The position numbers and the translations under genes were made by a program. From Trichoplax sp. H2 (lineage: Eukaryota), in NCBI GenBank assembly GCA_003344405.1, contig NOWV01000024.1, positions 372,001 through 436,000 of the forward strand: a stretch of DNA of 64,000 nucleotides, in the 5' to 3' direction. The notes beneath the pieces were generated by a model that was not told where the DNA came from, made no database searches, and saw only the letters and a program-made list of their open reading frames with translations. The first letter of the stretch is position 1, and every line of letters starts with the position of its first letter. Positions 13,501 to 26,200 of the stretch are shown here, piece after piece.

Positions 13501-14496
13501 CTCCCTGAGATAGAATAGAAAAATTAAGCCTGGAATTGTATTAAATTTTCAGGACGATTTATTGCAATCACTATCAAAGAATTCTTCTTCTAAGGGAATT
13601 ATGGATCAAAGTATTGTAAATTTCTTTTTAACATAAGATTGCATATTGAATAGGACTCAAATGCAGCTTTTATTTTTACGATCTTATTCTCAAAATATCT
13701 CTATATAAAAGCAATAACTTAATCTTACAATCAAATTATAAATAATCTTCAGATTAACCATATCTAAACACAAATTTATAAAATATGGTGCAGCCTCATG
13801 TACTAATGAGACTTTCTAAAGTTATTTCTATATAGTATAGGCAGTCTTAAAGGCTATTAAAATCAAACGGATCTAATTCATAAGCAGACTAACCCATCGT
13901 AAGTCACATTCAATTAAATGTAATTTTAATTTTTCACACCATAGCCTGAGTTCCGGAAAGACCTATAAGTAATCAATCAATACTATTAACACTTGGCCGA
14001 GTTACTTTAATAACATTAGCATACGCAAAGTAGAAAGTTATACCATCAAATCAATAGCTACTTTAATGCCCATTACCTGTTTAACAAGTACTTCTCGTTC
14101 AGCATGAAAATCTTTAAATGTCGAGGATACAAATAATCGTATAGTTTTCCATCCTCGTCTTTTTGTAGATGGTACAACTGCACTGGTTTCGGGCGTTGAA
14201 GTAGCTCTAACGCAATCCCAACACTCCATTGCATTAGCTGGTTTTATTTCGCAAACTTCATTCAAAGATAATTCTGGTTTAGGTGGTAACTCTGACCATA
14301 ATATGGTAAAAGTGTCAATTGGACCAGAACGCTTAGTAACTTTAAATTCTCTTTTAGTTGTCGGCGCATTATCAATGTTACTAGTAATGCTATTGCTATT
14401 ATCGTTGGAAGTAGCATTGCAAGGAGCAGCATTTGGCGGTTCAGGTGGATCCGTTTGAGCAACCACTTGTAAATTTTTACTAGATGCGCAGCCCAT
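4511..14496 (-). CDS. Paralog B: 24-exon gene, about 1135 aa, DUF4062 + NACHT/STAND-like NTPase + TPR-like C-terminus (TEP1/NPHP3-related)
   Basis: Exons reconstructed with GT-AG and consistent phase: 14077-14496, 13894-13962, 13398-13504, 13027-13160, 12732-12865, 10264-10368, 9995-10087, 9760-9816, 9448-9584 (Walker A GVAGAGKS), 9017-9125, 8776-8880 (Walker B-like ILFFDALNQ), 8496-8669, 8166-8353 (NPLWLSIACEELR), 7634-7950, 7368-7539, 7096-7204, 6472-6600, 6292-6404, 6050-6182, 5808-5924, 5535-5681, 5325-5408, 4762-4917, 4511-4609 (VFGPSHPSTL...AEK*). Total 3408 nt, in frame. Confidence 0.9.
11085..11425. repeat. Degenerate intronic tandem repeat, unit about 70-75 bp, about 5 copies
   Basis: Recurring atcaatcagaagat-ataaagttaactagtttaact motif. 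Confidence 0.7.
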
Positions 14497-15419
14497 ATTT
14501 GCGTTAGTTTATAATTAAGCTTTTCTAGGAAATGGGAAGCCTTTCTATTGAGTAGTAGGCGTAGAAATATTGTTTCATTAATGCTTATATTTAGTAAATT
14601 TACAAACAATTTAGATTCTATTCTAAATTATTTAAGAAAATCTTAAACGATATGAAACTGCTGTATTCTATGCCATTATTATAACAGTTAAAATGAAGAT
14701 TAAATCATTTCTCTGGCTTTTTACTTTCGATTATAAAATTAAAAGTTAGATTTTGCTTTCTAAATTTTTTAAATTTAAACCACCAGAATTTTAATACCAA
14801 TTTATAGTTGAAAATCTACTAATTTACGAATGATTGGGTCAAGCAAAATAGATCTTCTCTATTTTGAGCAAACTCATCTACAAGTTCTTTCTGTAATTTA
14901 AAATCAATCTAAATGATTCGTTACAATGAGCTCTGTAAGATTATAAATACAGTTGTTTTCATTTCTACGATAGGACCGGTAGCTATTTTATACTATGTTT
15001 TCCACTTAAAACGTTATCTGTAAGAATTACTTTTATTCTTGATTGTAATATTCAATAATGATGTGATATCATCGATGATATATGTGAACTCTACGTGACT
15101 GCAAGTTTTAATTTATGTGAAAATAAGAGTCCTATTATCTTTTAAAAGTAAATTACTATATGGTTTTTAATCTTTACGTAACGCTTCTTCTATCACTAAT
15201 TTCGTTAATAATAGCTTTAAGATGTTACTTTAATATTTACATTATTTTAAAATATTTACAGTAATGTACTGGTAGTGGTCTTATGCCTCTAGAGGTGACA
15301 TAATACTAAAGTCGTAAACTTCAAAATCCTAAACGCTAGCTTTACTTTTGGTTTCATGCAATACAGCGTTAGATACCGGTACTAATTTAGCTTCATGCTA
15401 CTATAATACGTAATAATTG

Positions 15420-16230
15420 TCAAGTAGAAGCTATTACAAGCTAAAGCTTGGGTAGTTACAACTCTATGTCCTCAATCATATATATTTATCAAAAATCAGC
15501 TCTGGTCGATATTTTTATAGGATGTTAGATATCAGTGATAATTTATCCTTATTCTACCGCAATACAAATAATTGTTAATTAGTAATTACAAGCAAAAATT
15601 TCAGTATTTGCAATTCCATATCCTCAAGGATCTGGAATACCAGTACTGATCGATATTTTTAGAGGTAAAGCAAGTATACTTAGGTCTTTTGGGAACTTCT
15701 TCGTCATTGTTACTTGTTACGATAGTTATAAATGAGTAGTGTTGTTAGAAAACTACGAAATTTATTCCTGTATTTTATCCATTCACATAAAATACGATCA
15801 ATAACTACTGTGCCACACATTTCGACAAGTTTCAGTCAATAAAATCCACAAGGTGATGGATGATTAATTTCTTATTTATTTATTTATAAATCCATTTACT
15901 TTAAACTAGTTTATTCACTACTCCTTACTTTATTTACTTGCAATATTGTTCTTTGCTTAATTTGTCTAATAATTTCTTGCAGTCGCAACACCAAGTTTCA
16001 CCTATTGGCTAGAAACGAAGGCTAAAGTAAGTCACTTATTTGATAACACTGACCAATATCGCTAATCTATAGTTTGCTTTGGCAGTTCAATGTTTCACTA
16101 CTCGTATTCGACATAATTTTGACGTAAATTAGCAACCTATTCGGCGTATTCCTATGGTTACGAATGAAAAAGGGAGTGGCCATATCGCTATGACTACCAT
16201 TCTTTTTAAACAATCGGTTGCGCTGCTATA
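15420..16230 (+). pseudogene. Possible decayed CLC chloride channel gene fragments
   Basis: Exon-like pieces LLQAKAW / MLDISDNLSLFY / FAIPYPQGSGIP + EVK..ILR, matching the CLC GSGIPE(M/V/I)KTILRG motif; contains stops and frameshifts. Confidence 0.35.
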
Positions 16231-17263
16231 ACTGGCAATGAAAATGATCAGATAATGTACGAACTCAACAACACTATTTTCTTGTAGTCATCAAGTAATG
16301 CGATGCTATTTTCCAATTGATTAATAAGAAGAGACATAATTATATAAATTTATTGTAACTTTTGCTAAAGCAGATTACCTTAACTCTCAATTAGGTGTCA
16401 TTATTTTCCTTAATTAATATTTTTACTTCCAGACAGACAAAATTATCTAAATTTATCTGAAATGTATTATTCATATATAACATTTGCCAACATGATCGAT
16501 CTTTATTCTGCTTACATTGCATAATGTAACGTATCTTATAGTACAGTCCACATTTGTTGCCTTCTAAATTACGTAGTATTGAAGTATGATTCCAGTTTGA
16601 GATTTTAATGTGCCGTAAGCCTTACTGCTACCAGATGCAAAGCATTTTATTGTTAAGGTTATTCATACCTTGAAATACATGTATTATGAAATGCAGTTAA
16701 TTCATAAGAAATAAAAATTATTTATATAAGTATTATCAAGGCTATAAAATGAAAGAAATTATGATAGAATATAGAATGATGTTTAGCTGCATTGTACTGT
16801 ATAATATGAAATTGAAATGTCCACAAGTCTTCTCTACACAGATAGTTCAGTATATAGATCAACTTTAAAGCAGTGAGAGTAAGGTAATATTTCCATTCAT
16901 ACGTACCAATTTTACATAAAGTTGTCTTAAAATTTACCGACACGAAAAATAATATGATAAGAGTATAATTATTTGTAAAAAAATGATAATTACCCGATCT
17001 AAGAGCCATGATTCTTATCGTTTTTAGACGAATTGTATTAAAGAACGTTTAAACAATTACAATTATTTATAGTTAAAATGCACGTGCAAATGAAGATTAG
17101 ATTATGCAGTTATTACTTTTGTTAATTAGATTAAGTAAATTCATAAATTATATAAGCGATCTTCTTATAAAAATAAATGAGATGTAATAAATAAATAAAT
17201 CTAGATCTAGATCAAAGATGATCAGTGCATAGGCAATAGGTATTGCTATGGTATTGGTGTCCT

Positions 17264-20200
17264 TCAACTCATTTGAGCTATTCTGAGAAATTCCGGTTCA
17301 TCAAGAACAGATTTGATTCTCAAAGCAGATGGATGTGTAGGTCCTAATACCTATGAAATAATCCAAAAATATGATATTATTGATTTAAAATTAATTATAT
17401 ACCTAGAAAGAAGTAGTAAAATATCATTTTACCTCGCAAGAAATGTCAAATGCTCTTTTATAATAAGTATATGATTTTCTCTTGTCTTCGTATTCAATCA
17501 AAATACCAGTATTAAAGACGATTCTTGCGGTTAGTTTGTGAAATTCGCCGTAAGCTAGTGTGCACAACTCGAGCGCCTTCTCATATTTCTAATAAATAAA
17601 AGGAGAGAAAATTGAAAATTTTTTTAAATTATTCCATTTTCAAAAGGAAATCTTTAAAGCAATGTTTAAATCGTATTAATCATCAGCAAATGAATAGTAT
17701 GTTGCATGATTAGCCATAACAATCATATAACAAAAATGCAAAGATTATAATTTAATAAGTTTATCTATATGCTAGAAATAAAAGCTTAATTTCTTCAAGA
17801 TGGGCTTATTCTACTATGCTTATTCTTTAGTAAGACTGAATATACTGACCATGGTGTCACAACCCTCACTTGTGGCAAAGGAAAATAAAGAACTCTAGTG
17901 TAGTTAATTAAAACTTGGGCTATTTCTCCCAGTACTTTCAGTTTCTGTGAGAGAAGTATTTGAAAACTCGATTTCTCGGCTGATCTCGACAGACAACTGA
18001 CTAATTATTACACTATTCTTCACGATATGAGTCTTGCCGTTTCTTGAGCAATTACTAACTTTATTCTACGAACACACGCGCTTAAATAGGTTTCTACAGT
18101 GAATTCCAACATTAACGAGTGAGAATCCATACTTTACAAGTTACATTAATTAGTATAATACCATTACTAAATATACATATCGATATTCTCAGACTTAGAT
18201 AGCTACAAGCTATCAGGTGTTAGACGCTTAACCTTCGTCTATATACGGTTTAATTTTTAGAAAATAAGACACCTTATAAATCTACAGTAAATTAACTGTT
18301 AACAACTTCTATTTCTATCTCATTTCTACCATCCTATTATCAGCTACAAGCGCATTAAACATAGCACATAACCTTATCTTATTTATTCATAAGCATTCAT
18401 TAATCAACAGTTACTTAATTAGTAACGGCGTACCGCGACACATGGATTATGTGGTATAGTGCACATTTATTCTCGATATACTTATGATATCCTGCAATTT
18501 GTACTGTAATTTATCTTAAAAAGCAATTTTTTCTTTCGATATCACGTTTCTTCACAAGAAAAACTGCTAATAGCAATTGCATACCCTTATTTGTTCTTTC
18601 GATCTTTCTTTAAAGGTATACATTCCTAAGTTCAAGTTGGCTTCGGCTAAATGACCAATGTCACCAAGCTGAGTAGAAATAACAATTGAAAATGTTTAAT
18701 TTCAAATTACTATTCGTTACTAAATAAGCACAACATTAAAAATTAATAATAAATTTATTACGGTACTAGCTGAATCAAGCTTAAAGTAACCAGCTGTAAG
18801 CTATAATCTAGGAGCATAGTTATTATACAAGTGCCAATAATAGGCAAGAACAATATCATATCACTTGGAAGCATTTGTTTCTAGCTACCCCTTTAACTAT
18901 GCCCAATCGTACCGCATATTACTACATGTGAATTACCAAGTTCTTAAAATTCTTGAAAGTTACAAACAAAAATTTAACAAGATTTAACAAACAACAATTG
19001 AAGCTATTTCAAAATTTCTATAAAGAGGTCGGCGTACTGTTATATTAGGTGAGAAGTTTGGGATATGCTAAATGAATCTGATGTACCTCTTGAAATATTC
19101 CTAGCGCATTGTTAGCGTGAGTTCCGCTATTTCTTTTAGCTTTTTCAGGAGTTAAATCCTTGTAAGTTCTTCGAAATTTCTGGAAAGTTCCATAGTGGAA
19201 AGATACACGAAGTTCTACTAATCCTAAATGATACTATATAATGTTAAAACAACTTATTTTAGTAATTTTGCCACTACACCCTACCAAGATTCCACCTCCT
19301 CACTGCAACAGGACCTTATTATCATCGCCTTGTAGATTTTTACGCAATGAAATTGCCTTCAGTCCTGTCTGTATTACGTCATAATGCTTATATGCATCAC
19401 TTGGCCGGACAAATTCTGCTAACTTGCTGACCTATATCAGTTATGTCATAAATGAGGAGCAATCAGTTGGATAATATATTAAAGTCATTAGTCAACATTT
19501 TTTGCATCTAATGAAGAAAAAGTATAGCTATTAAGTATTGACATAGTTGATATTATTCAATAGGTATCTGAAGGCTAAAGTAGAGCTATTAATTATTACT
19601 AGTATAGTCAATATTATTAAAATAGTTAAAGTATATGGAGGCAAAGTAGAACTATTAACTATTATGTTAGCATAGAAAATATCATCGAGTAGGTATATGG
19701 AGACAAAGTAGAGCTATTAATTATATTTATTAGCTCAGTTGATATTATATAAAAGATATATGAAGAATAAAATAGAACTATTAATTATTAGAATAGTCAA
19801 TACTATTAAAAAGGCATTTGAAGGCACAGTAGTCGATTAATTATTATTATGGCATGGAAAATATCATCAGGTAAGCGTTAAGAATAAATCATCACAACTA
19901 GAATTTCATTAAATATCTAATTTCAGGCACATATCACGGCAATAATGCTTATATTTAGTTATGGTAATGAAATTTTATCTCCTCAAATTCAATTAGACTT
20001 ACTTCGGATTTAATATCCGTTAGCAATTCATATAGATTGGCTAATTTTTCTTTTCGTCCACCTAATTCGTTAATTTCTAATGTAATAGCTTCATCGGATA
20101 GCCTTTCTGCTACATCGTATTGACCAGCACAGCAACTGAAAGAAATTAATAATAAAAATAATTATAATTAATAAATTGTGTTAAAACACTGCTTCTTTAC

Positions 20201-23200
20201 TCACTACAGTAACTCTATTAAGATATATGATCAGATACTCCACTAACAGGAAACGAGCTACTCTCCATTTTTTGTCAACAAAGTCTGCAGCTTTAGTTTT
20301 CGATGAAGACAAAGTTTCCAGTGCTTGCGTATAGAGCGTTGCTGCTGTTCCATATCCACCAGCCTAAATTGGCAAGATTATGTAATTTATTTTATTCAAG
20401 TACTAAAAAGTTCGTTATGGCATAGAGCAAAAAATTTAACTTAAGCACCTTGCGCCATGAACGTAATAATTCCACATTATATTCATCAGCAGCTAGTTTC
20501 TCAAAGACAGGCCATTCTAGCAGACATCTAGCTAATCTACTATGATCAAGTAATCTTTCCAAATGATACGGTAACTCCTGATATTATATGGGTAGTGTTT
20601 CATTATCGAAATTATATAAGAATTAATATGATAGTAATTACTATCAAATAGACTGATTTAAAATGTCAAACTTATGATTTAATAATAAGATTGTCATTTA
20701 GATGCACTAGTTATTTGCTAACGGTTGTTCTAGCTAAGTTAAACCTAGCTAGAGTTTATTTGAAGCTGTTTACGCAAAAAGGAAGAACATTACCTCTGCT
20801 TTGCGATCATGATTTTCTACTTGCTCGAAATAGCTAGCAAGCTTGCCATGCCACCAAGTGTATAAGAACTTTCTATAATCGTCAGAGCTAGACTTAAAAT
20901 ATCTTAGATGAAAGAAAGTATACAGCAGAAAAATTAATAACCAAAGGATTGAAATACAAATATCCTTCAGTGATTTTAGATTTGTTACAGACAATAATTC
21001 ATTTGATGCCAGGTCGATTTTAAGAGCAATCTTAAAGGTGTATGTTAATCATCATTGTGTAAAGATCGTGAAAGAGTATCTAAGTTACGTTCCAAGGTAA
21101 AAATATTTCGAAGTAATAAGTGGCTGTCTAATATTTCAATNNNNNNNNNNNNNNNNNNNNATAATAAGATTGTCATTTAGATGCACTAGTTATTGCTAAC
21201 GGTTGTTCTAGCTAAGTTAAACCTAGCTAGAGTTTATTTGAAGCTGTTTACGCAAAAAGGAAGAACATTACCTCTGCTTTGCGATTGATATGTCTTACAG
21301 TATTTCTATATATGTATTTTGTAATGCTACGCTTAAGATGGATGGATGATAACTGCGTTATTATCTACAGTCCATATTGATAGTTAACTTACGCTGTATA
21401 ATTATAGAATCAATTATCGTGACTAATTTACAATTTACAAGTCTGCCTAATTCTAGATATGGATATCATAAACTATGTATTGTACAACGTTACACTGTAA
21501 GTGTTGACGGCGCACATATAAAAGCCGTTGTAATTATCAATAAACGAATGAGTGGTAGTAAGTACTTAGCTTTGTCAGTATTCGAAAACTAGTCAGAGTG
21601 ATCCGAACTTTACATACGGTTGGAGTATCAACTCTAGTTAGTTCATACACAATAGCGATCATGATTTTCTACTTGCTCGAAATAGCTAGCAAGCTTGCCA
21701 TGCCACCAAGTGTATAAGAACTTTCTATAATCGTCAGAGCTAGACTTAAAATATCTTAGATGAAAGAAAGTATACAGCAGAAAAATTAATAACCAAAGGA
21801 TTGAAATACAAATATCCCTCAGTGATTTTTAAATTTGTTACAGACAACAATTCATTTGATGCCAGGTCGATTTTAAGAGCAATCTTAAAGGTGTATGTTA
21901 ATCATCATTGTGTACAGATCGTGAAAGAGTAATCTAAGTTACGTTCCAAGGTAAAAATATTTCGAAGTAATAAGTGGCTGTCTAATATTTCAATTTCAGT
22001 TGGAATAATTGTGAAGACTAGCACTGACTTATGCAATATCTGGAACAACTTTTAGACATGCAATATTTCTATTCTTACTTTTTTCGAACCGCTTTGCTCA
22101 TTGCACGATGGTAAAAGTCTAATCTGCCTTCACCACTATCGCCGCAAGGTCGTAGAAATGGTTTGAGTGCACGAAATACAACAGCCCATTTAGCAGCTGG
22201 CAATGGCTGTCTAGTTGAGCGAGTTGATTTAGACTCTTCTACTTCTTCTTTAGCTTTAATGGGTTAATAATTGAACTATTATTACTATTTATTGTAACAG
22301 CAGATTGAAACTATTAGTTGAATTTATCTATTATCGTAAAACGACAAAAATTGTTCAGTAAAGTATCCCCTCATTTAGCAACTTCTTTCTTAATATGGTA
22401 CTTACTAAGGCTTTTCTTTTCTTCAAAATCGGTTTTTCTATATGTTTCTTCTACCGCTACATGTAACTGCTTTGATAAATCATGTGCTAAGCTTTCATCT
22501 ACATCTTTTTCGCCAAGATTGTTTTCTGTACGCATAGCTTGCATTTGATAAGGCCCTTTACCGAGATATTCCTTTTGAGAAGGCGGTTTTAGCGTTTCAT
22601 CTTCTCCAAGTAATTCTAATAATTCTCGTTCCAGTAATCCGTGACGAGAACATTCTAGCAAGCAGAGTGTTGCTACCATTAAATGGCCACCGCTTTCAGC
22701 TTCAAAACGAGTAAGAACTTGTTCTAACAATCTGCACATAGAAGCAAATTATGAATTATTTCTATAGGTTTTAAACTTAATTTTGTCAGCAAATCAGAAA
22801 GGTATCATTAAGATCATACAAAACACACTGAATTAGACTTACTCTAACAAGCCATCAGCTAATCCTTTAATCATCTCTGTAACTTTACTAAATAAACCAA
22901 AAACTCGCAGTTCTTCACAAGCGATTGATAGCCAAAGTGGATTAGCAGATGCTTTCTTAGATAGTAAAAGTTCCATTTGTGTATTATCTAATCGTTTATT
23001 AAATTTGGTCAAGACTTGATCTACAATTTCCTATAATTTAAAATGCAACTCTAGCTCAATATTTTTTTTCAAATAACATGATCTATCGAAAATTTCTTGC
23101 ATAGCACTAATATATTGATTTTTACCCTTCTGCTTGCCAAATCTAATGGTCCACAAAAAAGTTCCTTAGGTCGGTCTGAGCGTTTCGCAAGACTACGATG

Positions 23201-26200
23201 GCAAGGTGTGTCATTGATAACCGAACATATAATTCGCACCTTTTTGGATAATTTGAAGGGAAGCCAAGTAACTTGTTCAGCTTCTTTCGTTTTATCGAGC
23301 TAGTAATATTAATAATGTAATTATTGTTAGCTGTGTGATTAAAACACTCTAGATAACATTAAAGAATTTATTTTATCCCAGATATATATTCTTTACAATT
23401 TTTCCGTACTTGGTACTATATCAAGATTTATAATTTTAAACTTTATGGTAGAAATAAGAACCTGATTTAAGGCATCAAAAAATAAAATAGTAGGTGGCAA
23501 ACTTGGATTACTTAATGTAATGTTGGATAGCCGAACCAACGATTCAGTATCTGCCGGAATTTCTCCCTGTATTATTATAAACATATACCATCATATTTAC
23601 TTTCTTATATTTCTTTTATACAGAATATTTTGAGTTTTGAAAGAAATAACGATTAATTCAGAAACCTAGAAGTTCCTAGATTTAAGTAATACTCACCACA
23701 TACTTCAATTCTTTCAGCATACGTTGCAGCATAAAGCCAAGATCGGTCGAACCAGGTGCTGCTCCAATAAAGTGATAAAAGATGTTCCAACCTTTATTGC
23801 TACCTCTGAAACATTAATTACCGCTATTATTAGTTCTAAAAATACTCAAGTCTAATAGATTACGGTAAAAAATTTCCATATATCTAAGTGTATCATGATA
23901 ATCTTGAGAATATTTACCCCTTAATATCATTATTATTAGCCTTGTTAACTGTGGTGGCTGCACTTCGTGCTATGATTGCACTTTTTCCAGCTCCTGCAAC
24001 TCCAACTAAAACCATAGGAACTCCTGAATCCTTGGAACTAATATAATCTTGGATCTATGTTAATACAGATGTAGGATAAAATTACTAGACGTGTATATGT
24101 ATGTGTCGTTTACTGTAATGGCTATCTATAAGTGATGATATTGCAGAGATTTTAATATACAGAAATAGAATAAAATAATGAGAATAAGCGTATAGACAGT
24201 TTGTTATATCGGCCTAAAGATATCTCAAATTAGAAATAACTGTGACACAAACAGTTTATTATATTAACTTACAGGTATCTTTAAATTTTGAATATATAAT
24301 TTGTTATATCTACATACATTCGATTAGCAATATCTGATGGCTATCTACAGACAATAACAGTGCAAAATTTTGACTCTAACCTGGTCTAAAATTTCATCTC
24401 GACCTAATACAGTAGATGATCGCGTATTTAGAAATACCTGTGAAGAAATAACTTAATATTTAAGTTTAAAATTTCGTAGATATTTTGTCTTTTCTTTAGT
24501 TGCTATAGGGTAAGGAAAGATAGTAATAAATCGAATGATAAATTTCTTTTAGCAGTTTTCGCTAAAAAGAAGAAATTTATTCTAAGTCAGACTTCAACTA
24601 GTTTCGTTTTATATCATATTGTAATTGAAATATTGGCCAATTTGTAAACAGTCACCGTTTGTATTTATCCGAATGATTAGATACAGTGAATTTCGATTGC
24701 GGTAAATAATAAGTATTAATGAATAATGTCCGATACTAGGATATATTCAAACGACATTACCTCATGTGCTTCACGTATTACTTCTAACATATCCATTGAA
24801 GAATGATCCAGAGGGTATTGATGACTAATTTGGCGCTTAAAGAATTCAATTACCTGCGTATTTTATTAGAATCTAGTTAGTATTTTGGTTGGATTGAGTT
24901 ATAATTAATGATTTGAAGGTATGGTCAAAACTTTTTTTGTATTGAATATCGCTTAAATCTGAATTTTTCATCGCAATTATCATTAATTGAAGGATAAGAT
25001 TACTCTATTTAAAACAATTGCTACATTTGCCTGATGTTAAATTTAGAGGTTAAGATCAACATGAAGATTAAATCAGCTCTTACTATTAAGGAATCACAGA
25101 AGACGTAAATATGGCAAGAAATTTTATCGCAGTGATCTCTTACAAAATCAATTTGCGTATAAAGTCTAGCAAATTCTACATAGACGCTTTAAGACATAAA
25201 ATATTCTGTGGAAATTCGATTTATAAGTTGTGTAAATATCGGTGGAACAATTTTGTGCATGCTAAACATTGGCTTTATACAGAAATCTGAATAGTTGATT
25301 GCTTGCGATCCAAACCAAAGTTAATAAACAAAGTAAGATATACATATCAGAACCTGATAACACCATGATGAAAAATTTTGCAAAACTAGACATTTGTGAA
25401 AAATATTAAAATTAAAATAGAAGTAATTACTTTTTAGAAGTTTTGTCTTCTGAATTGGCAAAATACTTTCAACATAATATAGGATCAAATTTCGATCGAA
25501 TTTCAAATAACCGACTACTTACTGTTCATTTCGAAAGTGCTGTATGGAAATATATGAACTTCCTGAATACAAGAGGAGAAAATACTACATTGTTCCTCGT
25601 AGCAATTTTGGCAACATTTCTTTACGGATTATGAACCTTATGTCTTTCAATGTGCTGATGATTATTATCCAAAAATAATTGAAAGCCCTCTAATACTATG
25701 CAGAATGCATCTACTAGGAATAAAGAATCGATTTAATTTTGAGGTGAAATCCGCACAACAGTAGTTCCACAACATTAGTTCTTAGTTTTATATGCCTATT
25801 ATGACAAGAAGGTAACGGAGATCATTTGCTTATATTTATTTACTTATGCACAATGCAGTACTGCTTAGCGCTACCTTATGAAAATTTTCATCAGACTTAC
25901 TGTGCATGCAATATACACTATCTATAGTTACACTAGCTCTAGTTTCTATATTGCTCAGTTAGGAATTTGCAGTTTTTAACAAACCTTCAGAGCATTACTG
26001 AATTTAAATGATAAGGTGATAAAACGGGGCTTTTGATAGTTTAGAAAGAAAATTGCATTTGATTTACTTGTAATTAAGTTTATGGTTGTTCGATATTATA
26101 AAATCAGCGAAAGACAGACAGCTCTCTTTTAAAAGCTTACTTATATAACTTGCACTAACTGAGAGAGATTAAAAGAGAACAACTTCCATGATTAAATCGT

